From positions 102,238,001 through 102,302,000 of the forward strand of contig OZ296652.1 in NCBI GenBank assembly GCA_965655095.1: 64,000 nucleotides of DNA, written 5' to 3'. The translations under genes were made by a program, and so were the position numbers. Origin of the DNA: Haplodiscus bocki. Its lineage: Eukaryota. The notes under the pieces were generated by a model. That model was given only the letters and a program-made list of their open reading frames with translations. It ran no database searches and was not told the origin of the DNA. Positions 51,030 through 62,379 of this stretch are shown piece after piece; position 1 is the first letter of the stretch; each line of letters begins with the position of its first letter.

Positions 51030-54000
51030 TGACCAACACAACGGAATCACCATATCTTATTAAAAAACACACACAGATTGCAGAATTCTCCGTGGTTACT
51101 CCGGAGCAATCCAAGCACATCAAACCAGTAGATATGGCAATCCTTAGTATGATTCCACAAGACGATCCTGACCTGACTGCCTACTTAAATGAACTTCTCA
51201 GAACGAGTAAACCCGAGCAGCAAGACATCACATTCTGGTTCCCAACACCTGAAAATCCTGGACAGCCTGAGGATCATACTCCAATACAGACAAGAATCGT
51301 CAATGAATTGAATGAACTCAAGGACAAGGAAAAACTCAATCCACAAGAGAGCACAGAATCTCGAAACAAATTTCTCAAACGATTTGATTGGACCGATACA
51401 CTTCTTACCGAAACGGAAAAACAAGCAATCGAAGATATCCTGGTTGAATATCATGATATATTCGCCAGACACAGAATGGATATTGGAATGAACACGGAGT
51501 TCAAGGTGAAATTAACTCCCAAAGACGACAAAGCCGTATATAGCCAAAATCTACCAATGGCAATCCACCTGAAAGAAGACCTAATTGTCGAATTAGCCCT
51601 AATGCACAAATATGGAATCGTCACAGTACTGCCTTTCTCCAAGTACGCGAGCCGCATATTTGGACAAAGGAAGCCCAACGGAAAATTACGTCTCCTTGTG
51701 GATCTACGAAAAATCAACAGCCTGATTGCAGATGACTACACTAACAACAATCATCCAGTTAGCACTCTGTCAGACGCAGCACAACACTTGGCAGGGAAGT
51801 CATTATTCTGCAAACTAGATTGCTCAGAAGCTTATCATTGTTTGCAGATGGCGGGACCAACGCTCAGTGGAGATGCTTGCATTCAATTTTGCTAGCAGAA
51901 CTTTTGCCTACAAAAGACTTGCACAAGGTCTCAGCAGATCTGTGTCTGCATTTTCAAGTTTCATGCGTGAGTACTTGGACCCAGTCGTCAAAGCTGACCA
52001 ATGTGCTCAATACGTAGACGATATTGGAATTGCAGCCAATAATGCAACGGACCTTACCCGGAATATCCGAGCAGTCTTCAAGTGTATTCGCCAAGTAGGA
52101 TTGAAGCTGACAATTGAAAAATGTCATTTTGGAGTCAGACAAGGTGAGTTCCTAGGACGAACAATTTCATCAGAAGGAATCTCACCGCAAGCTCGGAAAC
52201 TTGAAAATTTCCTTGACAAGCTTAGATTCCCCAAATCAAAAAAGGCATTACAGCGATATCTGGGTTTCGTGAACTATTACAGAAACTATATTCCCAGAAT
52301 GGCCGAAAAACTTAATCCGTTCTACAAATTGCTTAAAACGGAAGTGCCAATCAATATTACGTCGGAATTGAAGGAAACATTTGATTCAGTCAGTAAAGCT
52401 CTGTGATGCGTGTGATTTAGCATTGAAACAACCCATTCCAGGAAAGCAACTCGTCTTAATGACGGACGCTAGCTTCAGAAGTGCTGGATATGCCCTAATG
52501 ATTGAAGACAATCCCGATCAGAAAATACAGTCAAAGCGGGAAACGTATGCCCCCGTGGCATTTGGCTCAAAAATTTTCTCCCCTGCATAACTAAAAATGT
52601 CCATATACTCAAAAGAATTTCTTGCAATATATATGGCATTTCTTGAGTTTGCCCACATTTTGTGGGAAGCAACAAAGCCAACGATTGTCCTAACAGATAA
52701 CAAATCTGTCACCCGTTTTTTCCAAACAAAAGCAATCCCACCAGCACTCTGGAACGCATGTGATTATGTATTACAATTCAACTTAAAATAGCGCATATTG
52801 CTGGATCAGTCAACACTGCAGCTGACTTCCTCTCCAGACTTGAACTTAAAGTGACGGAGAAGATACGTCTCAAAATCAGGGAGGATATCTTCACAACACC
52901 TATCGAGGTGACCACCTCTTCCTCTGGTGTCGCGGATGAGGAACAAATTTTCTTCACACACGCAGATGACGGTAAAGAGTCAGAAGAACAAACCCTTGAA
53001 CGAAAAGAGCAATCACGACAAAATGCGAAGCAATGGGGCCGCGAATGAAGAATCACCAGCTTTAAAGACAAGTGTGAAAGAATTCACAAAGATCGACGGG
53101 AACACTACGTCGTACTCCATGAACGGAATTGAAGCAAATGCAAGAATACGAGTAGAGCAGGACGTTGATCTTGTGCTGAAAAACTTGAAACTCAAATTCC
53201 TAGGCCAACCGTACGATGAAGTGTTAATAATGACAGACTCAAGATACAAAAATTACAAAGCAAATGAGGACCGCATAATTCTTAAAGATGGCCTATTATT
53301 CAGGAAATATTTTGGAGAAACAGGTAGCGTCAAATACTACCAAATTCTCATTCCCAAGCAATTAGTTAAAGAAGTTCTACGCAGCCTGCATGGAGAATTT
53401 GGCAAGCACCCGGGAATTTTTAAAACAATAATTGCTTATAGGGAAAAATATTATTTTCCGAAAATGGCGCAATTAATCAGGGAATGGGTCATGTCATGTG
53501 AGCAATGTATTAGAGAATCACGTACTGATCGTAGCCTCACCCGCCCTCCCCTGCAAAACCCAAACGAACACATTACTGCGCCCGAAGATGCCATGCAAAT
53601 TGATTTGGTGCCGGAATTACCGCCATCTGGTGGCTATGAAAACATTGTGACAGCTATGGATGTGTTTTCCCGCTATTTATTTGCATACCCGACATCAAAT
53701 CAGGACGCCAAAACAATTGCTAAAGTCTTAATTAACATCATGACTAAACACGCCTACTTACCGACGACGCTCATCTCAGATAAAGGTACAGCCTTTATGT
53801 CACAAGTAATTAAAGAAGTGACCGGCGTCCTTGGCATTACTCTAAAGCGCGCCACCACGAAGCACGCTCAAACAATTGGGCTACTTGAACGATATCACGC
53901 GTCAATCAAACAAGCATTGAAGATTGAGACAGGCGAGCGGAGATCATTGTGGCAGAAATATATTAACATTGCAGTTCTAAATTACAACACTTCCTACCAC

Positions 54001-54836
54001 ACAAGTATCGGCTGTGAGCCAAGCCGGGTCTTTCACGGCAGAATTCCCTATAATGTATTGGATTTAAAATTGGGAATTCGCCCACAGCAGCAGCCCATTC
54101 CTACTTCGCAAATTGCCCAAGAAGTTCTTGAACAAACAGAAATGATCCATCAAGATGTTCGCAAGAATATAATGCAAGCATACATTAAATACAAGGCCTA
54201 TTACGACAAAAAGGCCAACGCTTCAAAACTTAAGCAGATTACGTATATATCTTGCAGCCGAAAGCGGATCATCAAGGCAGCAAAATTCCGTTCACAGAAT
54301 TTCGATGGGTTGGCCCGTATATTATTGAAAAAGTATTGCCAAATAATAATTATCTGGTACGCAAAATTGGCACCAACAAGACGCAAGTGCTTCATCGAAT
54401 GAGAATGCGTCAGTTCACACCCCGCCAACCACCAGCTGACATAACAGTCAAGCCGCAAGAATACAAATCCGATCCTGAAGTGAGTCTTAATCACGACGAT
54501 TTATATGCAAGAGCGTGGGAGTGTGATTATGAGCAGCCAATTTTTGACGTTGAGAACGATAATAAGGCGCCGCCCAATCAACGAGAAATTCCAGTACAGT
54601 CTGATTCTTCGACGGAGGAAATTAGGAACACACCAGGAAATCCACATCTCTGTTCCCCAGAGATTTTCCCCAATACAGACGAGCTCGGTGACGTAACAGA
54701 TACGTGTCCACATATGGAACCTGATGTGGTGACAAGCTCGGAACAACCGCAAAATAGCCCGACCAACCCCCGCAGCTCCAAGTACAACTTACGTCATAAC
54801 CCGAAGCCGGACTGCAACGACGACTACCGATACTAA
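51030..54836 (+). pseudogene. pol: Gypsy pol (RT, RNase H, integrase), recently disrupted
   Basis: KPNGKLRLLVDLRKIN, KLDCSEAYH, RLAQGLSRS, YVDD (~52011); RNase H TDAS..YSKEFLA..TDNK; integrase LHGEFGKHPG..CEQC, QIDL, ISDKG, LER and GPY motif RWVGPYII. Lesions near 51852, 52403, 52588, 52783, 53037 and 54237. Confidence 0.95.
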
Positions 54837-55244
54837 CTTGTCAGCACAATGAGTGTGTTCTACGTAGCGCACACGTAGCCGTTCCACAAATTCAAGAAAC
54901 GCGCTACGTGGCACATACGTGGCTGTCTAATCTTTCCACATAGCTCAACTGTAGCTAATCCCTGGCAACTTACTCAACTGCTACACAGCAGGAACTATTC
55001 CAAAACACGGCCACCAATACTAAATTCATTCATATTTCCTTTTTCGCTGCATGGGCCTACTTCATTTCATTTATGATTCATTATTTCTTTTTTTTTAATT
55101 TTCTGTTATGGCTCGATCAACTATCTACATAAATATCAATAAACAATTAAAAAGAGGGAAAAACAGTTTCAAAGCGCCGATGACGAAAACAACAGCAATA
55201 AAAGAGTACGGAGCAATGTCCATATGTCGAAAACGAAGCACCAA

Positions 55245-58200
55245 TTATGGCAGTCCACCCTGGAACACAGGAGCGGCTCTCCGTTTTCTCTCACTTCGCC
55301 GCAACTTCTTGCAAGATTGCTGACGGCCCAAAGCGGCACTAAAACTCATATCCTCAACAAGACGATGTTGCTGAGATCTTGGAGGGGGACTTGAAATTTC
55401 GAAGCGTCTTTTCACAGGGCTTCGACTGATGCTTCTCTTTCTAAATTTCCCTGAAGAAACACGCAAATTGCTAGGACCAGGAACACTAGCCGAAGGAGCT
55501 CTCACGGGAACATACTCCACCCGTCCCTCTTCCACAACATTACAAATCCTCACACCGGACCGCGATGTCGAATCCTCGGATGACGGTCTGATTCCACCCA
55601 CCGCATACCACTGCTCTTGTGAGTCCTTCAACATCCTCCGCCGATCAAGAGCCTCACTCACGCACCCACAGACGTCAGCTACCACCTGGGAATGAGACGT
55701 AGTCCCCACGTGGCTCCATGCTCGAAGACAGCGCTGTGTGTGATCCTGTCAGAGATAGCTGCAGATTCAGTCAACATCGCAATCCCTGAGTCTGAAAAGA
55801 AGCTCCGCTGCGTAAAATGCGGACTCCTCACAAAGTCCTGTACGCAAAGGATCGCACTTTGCACCTCGTCCTCACAAATCATCACCCGATCCAAACTGAT
55901 GATGAACCGCCCACCATAAGTCACTGGTCCGCGCACAATGAGAGCTGTCAACTGGAAAACCTGGGAAAACAAATCAGTGTTTTCCAAATAACCAAATTCA
56001 AACCTTACCACATTGGTCACGATACATACTTTAAACAGATGCTGACGAGCACGGAAGCCAGCCTGCGAACAGCAGAACGACAGGACATCACCTATGTCAG
56101 GGCGGCTCCTCGTTGAAGACCGCTCCAGCTGTCGTTGCTCCTGAACGAAGGACTGGTATTGACCGGCAAGCCTGGATCTCACTGCCCTTGATCCACCCGC
56201 GCCCTAACAGACCGTCCAGCAGAAGACTCAGCAAATGAAATGGCGCATGATCATCGCCCCCGATGACGATCGCTGGACAGAAACAGCTTAAACCGTGTCC
56301 AATCTTTGAGCGGGCAGCCACAGTTGACAACACGGATGTGGTAAAATCTTCCAAAAATCTACGGGCATCTCGTTGAAATTCCCGCTTCAAGTACGAACTC
56401 CCAATCTTGTTGAGAGCTGCCAACACCCGTGTCCCGGCCAGAAACTCCCCATCAGAAATTGGATGAAACTTGGAGTGATTGGGCAATACATACTCGTCCC
56501 GCTGCTCCACAAGCGGCAAAGTGGACCCCTGCTTGATCTTCTGTAGCAGACAGTAGATGAACCGAGCCAGTTCACCAAACATGTGGTACCCGGAGTCATC
56601 TGCTGTTTCACGATGGATGAAATTTTTTGCAACAGAAACAGAAACATGTATCACAGACAGGGCGACATTGACTGCGCCCTGCTTCAATGACAAATTTCAC
56701 CAACAAGCAAACATGGCACCAATGCGGAATAAAACGAGTGTGCTCCGATAAACGTGCATACATAATCCGGAGCCACCACGTACCAACACGTATCATTGGA
56801 ACAAAGTGATGATGATACTTACAGATTTCTAGAAGGAGATGAAACAGCCTGAAATTCATCCTGGCAAGCTGGTCATGGTACAAGTACCCGTCCATCCCCT
56901 TCTTCTAAAAACAACAAAGAGAATGGACATACATTGATGAAGAAGGCAAATGCCCACAAGAAAGGACCTTACCACAAGACTATCTCCTCCGTCTTTTCGG
57001 CCAGTCTCTTTGAGGTACGACACGATCAAGGGCCATACCCCAACAATGTTCGCCACCACATCAACCAGGCCCGGCATGGACAGCTCATTGGTGATGATGG
57101 CCTTGCGCAAAGCTGGACGAGAAACCATCCAGTCTCGAGTTTCTGCTCCTTTCAGGCGGTTCACAATAAATTCAGTCAGTGAGAACGGGTCGAGGCTCCC
57201 AAAGACAGAAGAAGCAGTGCGCTGAAGGCAACGCTTCAATAGCCGCAGATCGAAAGTCGGGTATTCAACTAGTTTTGTCTGGTACCCACTTCCAAGATAA
57301 TTCGCGAATGCCTCGGCTAGCACATGAGGACCTCCGTGAAGAGACACCACAGCAGCATCGGGACCAGCAGCATCCAGAATTTTGCCCAAAACTGTCGCCT
57401 CCAAGGTGGTGTTGGCACTAAACCGGTTCAGCACGGCAACGCAGACACGTCGGAATGTGGACCTCTCCCACGTCCTCACCATGACCCAGATTTCTGAACC
57501 ACGTTCCTCAAATTCGATGCTGCACCTCCCGTAACTCTTGACCCAGCCAAAGACTCGAGCAAGAATGCGGGGGAACATTCCGTTCAAGATGATCGACTAA
57601 AACACAGCACCAATAAGCCAGTGAACACGTACGCGTGGTGATAACAAGCAGGACAATACCAACCAGCACCTCGTCCCGGGACCATGCAACTTCAATGTTC
57701 ACCCGGCTAGCAATCAGAGTGAACTGTGACCACAACTGACTCACCAACTCATATTGTCCACCCAATCGCAGAGTCTCAATGAGCGACGACACCTTGAAAA
57801 CCACTGGCAGTGTCGCATCAGGGGCTCCGGACTCGTCTATAATGAGATCCTCGGCAAAGGGATACTCGCGATCCCGAACTACCAGACAACCTCGAAGGAT
57901 ATGCTCTCGTCGCCGCTCCAGCTCACCTTCACTGAGGGGGTTTCCTTCGAAATCTAGCACCCGCCACACAGGAGTTTCCAGCCTCAATCACTGGTCACGG
58001 GCAAAGTGCCTAACCCCCTGATAGTGTCGCAAGATCTCATGAGGGCCATGTGTCAAAACCGAAACATCTTTGCGACAGACCCGACAATAGAAATGGCTCG
58101 GTTTATCAGCCGCGTCAGTAGCCCCAGTCACGAAAAACTGACCCACCTCGTTCGCTCCCCACACCTTCATCTTGAATGTGCGCTTCGAACGCACACGACG

Positions 58201-59496
58201 ACGAGAGTGACTGGCCTCTGACTCATCGGCACTCGAGTCACTTGTCTCAGGAGCATGCACACCAGAACGTGCAGTACTCTGCCCCAATTGTTGGAGAACA
58301 GCATCTAATTCTGTGAACAAGAAAAAACAATGAAGAAGAAGGAGGCTAAAAACTCGTAGAACGCAAAGAGAAGCACTTACTTCCCAGCAGCGGTTCCAAA
58401 ATCTGCGATCTCTCTTCAGCGCAGACCGAGCGGCATAATGTCACCAGCTGATGACCAGTAGCGTTCACGGGAGTGACGGCAGGATCAACAGCAAAATGGT
58501 CTAAACAATTCAACAAATGAGGAACCCACAAGGAATCAAACCGAGAGTATCCTCATTTGAATTCAATAATACCATCGTCAAAGGCCTGCTCCAGCATCAC
58601 TCGGCTCCGCTCGTGGCTCCCGAAATCAACTGGGCCCGGCTCCTGACACGACAGCGGAACAAGACGACGCGTGATGACGGCCTGCCTTCGCCTTCTCGAG
58701 CGCCTCACCTCAGCCTCCGTTGACACATCGCCAGCCTCCGAAAAACATGGACCATCACTAGTTGCACCTGGAAAACAAAATCATAGTGGATGGTCGCCAA
58801 CTTGCCAAAAGAAAGCACAATAATGCTGCAAACTTGACGGAATTTCCATGGGAGCACCAGTAGAAGCGCCAGTAACCTCCTCATAGGACGTAGAGCGCCC
58901 CACAACAAATTTGGTTCGGGAACTCACCGGAACACCACTTTCCGTCTCGTGAGGGCGATCATCAAGCTCTCCCGAAGACCCAAACACTAAAAACATAAAA
59001 GCCCCATGATGCCATCTTCATGAAGAGGCGCGCGCTGTATACTAGCTAATGGAGAATATAGATGGCCACTATATTACTCCTCAAAACAAAGCTAAAGGAA
59101 TATGAAGAATGACGACTAACACAATGGCAAATCAGGAACACCGACCATACCCTCCAGAACAGTTTCTGGCAACGGATCTGCACGCCGCAGAATGTCAGCC
59201 AAAGTCAATCCCTCTGACTCACTTCCAACCTCTTCCTCCAGGCCACCCATGATGTCGATGAAACTCTCTCCTTCACTGGCTTCTTCAGTTCGACTATCGC
59301 TTGCTTCGATCTCTCCTAGAATTCTCCTCACGCACTCCTCTCCTTCTTGGATGTTGACTTTCGAATTGGGGACAAATTGCAAATTCGGGACAACGCTACT
59401 CTCGGGGACACCCTCATCGATTGCCAGTTCTGGCTCGTCACTGGCGACACTCCCAAAGGGAGACATGACCCTCACCTCACCATCAGATTTGCTCAT
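55245..59496 (-). pseudogene. Nine-exon antisense cargo gene: acidic N-terminus, BED-type zinc finger and catalytically substituted hAT-transposase-like body (~1200 aa)
   Basis: Exons 59496-59151, 58986-58834, 58767-58573, 58500-58381, 58310-57664, 57596-56973, 56904-56823, ~56754-56030, 55960-55245. Introns are GT-AG (intron 7 acceptor damaged) and exons 1-7 join in phase. Zinc finger FYCRVCRKDVSVLTHGPHEILRHYQGVRH. Lesions: TGA at 57988-57990 and frameshifts near 56695, 56160 and 55720. Confidence 0.8.
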
Positions 59497-59922
59497 TATT
59501 AGCAACAAAGAACGACGTGGCAAATGCAAATGGCTCATAATATCGCTAAGAGTTAACCACTTAACACATGGTGGATTTACATATTTATTCATAAAATTCT
59601 AATTATTTTATTCAAAAGTCTGATTAATTTGTCTGCCAGCAATGACGTCAGCATGCATTTTGAAGGACATCTTGAGGAATCACACTCAAATATTCCTTGA
59701 AATTAAAATCTCCATTTCGAGATTTGTTTACATCTCATTTAACTTAAAACTGCACTCTTGACTTTCTACCTTCCATTGATGCAGAGCAGCGGCGCGGGAA
59801 CATCAAACGAAATCCCGCTTCAGGAAAGTGCACACGCATTACCCGCGGTACCGATCACTCTTCCATTTTCATTTTTCGATATCAGTTACCTGCTTCATCA
59901 ATTTATAATCTTGATCAGTAAA

Positions 59923-60645
59923 ATGACTTCAAATATTTCGATGGCTTCTAATGACTCTGATGTGTTCTATGTGGAACAAAGCTCAAGCGAACTAAGTCCA
60001 CAAAGAAACAATACGCCCAATATTCTCAATTCAACCGAGATATCCGAACAGCACACGGCACAGATGCCCTCAATATCGTCAATAGCATCCCCAGAACCAC
60101 GAATCTTCACAATAGATGACGATTCCAATGAGCCTACCATGCCGTATGGATTTGGACGGCAGCTCCCGATTTTTCCCCCAAGCCTAAACGACTTGAACCT
60201 GCCGCCCAATCCCTTTAATATCCTTAATACGACGGCAGTTGTAACGTAAACACAGGATAACAACGAACAATACAGCCCGGAATCACCTGAGCCGTCACTG
60301 CCATCGCCCATCTCAACACCACCCATGAATGTCAGTGCGTATAACAGTTGGGAAACGCCCCATACCACAACTGACGATAACACTTTTTACTCGGAAGACG
60401 AACCACGACGAATCTACTGGACATCTCCCCTGGGCGAAACGTTTGAATCCGAAGATGAACCCCGGAGGATCTACGTCCTATCACCGAGTCCCTCACCGCA
60501 GCCATCACCTCCACGATGGCAGAAAAACTTGAGCCTGGTAATGTCCTTTCCAAAAGAGGGGGGAGTCTTGCAGCACATCTGCGAAGCCTGCGGTCAGACG
60601 ATCGCCTCAACAAAGGACATCCCAGGTCCATCTAGCAGAAGTTAG
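59923..60645 (+). pseudogene. Sense accessory ORF, Ser/Pro/acidic low complexity (~240 codons, one internal TAA at 60247-60249)
   Basis: ORFs 59758..60249 and 60325..60645 are in the same frame. SEDEPRRIY is duplicated. The C-terminus KEGGVLQHICEACGQ is read across the PPT into the LTR. Confidence 0.6.
60552..60565 (+). other. Polypurine tract
   Basis: AAAAGAGGGGGGAG lies directly before the sequence matching the 5' end of the solo LTR. Confidence 0.85.
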
Positions 60646-62379
60646 AGACAGCAGTGATACTTCAAACAGACACATATATATATATAAACTCTTAAACTTA
60701 TAGCCCTACTCATTTAATTTATGAACTCATTTAAGTATAACTTAAGGATACGTAGTAGTTACGTATCCATTTAATACGTACGCATGTAATTTATGTGGAC
60801 GATACGTAGTAGTTACGTATCGTCCCATAACATTTATTTCATGTAAAAAGCACGTACCTGATACGTGTAATTCTGGTGAACTGATCCTTATTGGGACGGA
60901 ATAGATGCGGAACAAACGAATATTCACTGTATTTTTATATTAATTTAAGTGCTATTTTTTATAATTAATCTAACTAATTAATATATAAATCGACCTTTTT
61001 GATTGTGCAGTAATCTATTTAGATTGACAGCTGTAACAAGTTTTCAATAGCTTAACTATTAGAACAGAGCTTGACTTTAAAAGTGAATATTTGTTCCGTA
61101 TGTGTTCCGTCGTAACTAATCTGGTGACGTCACTAGAATTTCAGCCAATCCGCTGTGCTACTACTCTGTTTCACTTTGACGGACACGGAACGTCTACGTA
61201 GCCACCAGAATCATTCTCCTCAGTAGTACTGCGGAAGGCAGTGCTACAAGCGGCTACGTAGCCGCCACGGAACGCTCCGGCCAAAGTGAGGCCTGAGCTA
61301 GTAGAAATGTGGAACGGGCTAGGATTTACGCCTAGTTTGTTCCAAACAGTGGTTTTAATCGACGCAGCATGTAATCATGAATCTTTTATATTGTACACCT
61401 CGTATTTCCATACTCTAAACTATTTTTCAGCTGTATTATTTTATTTATTCCCAGTATGGAAATGACTTTGATCTTTGTTTATGTTATTATTTAGTGTGTC
61501 GGCGCGGGAATAACCACTTTGATGTCCATTTCCGACGGATCGGACCGTACTTTTTCTTTTTCCTGTCGAAAGATGGAAAGGACGCGGTCCGTGAGGGAAG
61601 AAATGGATGGAAGGGTGTTTATTTCCCGCCAGAGTCGGCATCATTTTCTTTGATAAATAATATGATTAAAGTACTTTTCCCTATTTGTACCTTGATCTGG
61701 CGTGTAAACAATTATGTTTCCCGCCAAGGAAAGGTATAAAAGGAGAAATGAAAGTACAATATTTATTATATAAATTGTAGCTTTTGGTACTGTACCTTTG
61801 TAAAATATTGCAACTGTTGCATTTTGTTATTCTCTGAAAATCACTTTCAACTGTTGACATCATTGAAACTTTATTCCTCAGATTGAGAGGCTATCAGCTA
61901 ATCAGAACAATAAATGATAAATTCAGTCTTTATCACTGACAAGATTTTCCCTTCGAGAAAAATGGCAACGTTGAGAAACAAGAGGAAATTAGCGGCAGTT
62001 TCAAGAGAAGCTCCCGATTGCAGTAGCAGCAGTAGAGGGCGGACCGTACTTGACCCTGAGTTATCCCAGGATTACATCTCCCAGATCTCCGAGGAGATGG
62101 AGGGGAGGTTAACTACGAAACTGTCGAAGGAGTTTAACAAAACAGAGTCACGTATCTTGGGTGCTCTATCGAAACTTGACGAGTTTCTTCTTAACCCACA
62201 AGTTCGGACTTGTTCCGTAACCGCTCACGGAACATCCCGACACTCTAATTTAGAAAACTGGGAAACTCATGGGGATCGCTCCTCAAACGATCCTTATCCC
62301 GAAGGGGGGTATTTTCCTCACCTCTCAGGACAATTCAATAGTTCCGAGGCAGAAATGGTGACTGAAACCTTCCCTCACA
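60566..62379 (+). repeat. 3' LTR (1814 bp)
   Basis: Begins TCTTGCAGCACATCTGCGAAGCC (solo LTR: TGTCGTAGTACATCCGCGAAGCC) and ends CCCTCACA (solo LTR: TCCTCACA). Homology stops at these points. Confidence 0.88.
61120..61745 (+). promoter_or_regulatory. LTR promoter motifs: CRE-like TGACGTCA (61125), CCAAT (61145), E2F-like TTCCCGC sites (61501, 61622, 61717), TATAAA (61735)
   Basis: All are retained in the same order in the diverged solo LTR (23333, 23316, 22951/22839/22745, 22728). Confidence 0.55.

Larger units (their letters stand above)
51030..62379 (+). mobile_element. Ty3/Gypsy LTR retrotransposon with ~5.7 kb accessory region (5' part lost in the gap)
   Basis: pol in RT-RNaseH-integrase order, then accessory genes, polypurine tract 60552-60565 and 3' LTR 60566-62379. 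Confidence 0.93.

Noticed and set aside
50761-51123. ORFs spanning the N run
   Set aside because: Artefacts of translating through the assembly gap.
55245-59496. Independent autonomous hAT transposon nested in the Gypsy
   Set aside because: No TIRs or 8-bp TSD seen, catalytic residues are substituted, and the density of lesions is similar to that in pol, suggesting shared history. Not fully excluded without other copies.
59923-60645. env gene in the post-pol position
   Set aside because: No signal peptide, furin site or transmembrane helix; low-complexity composition.
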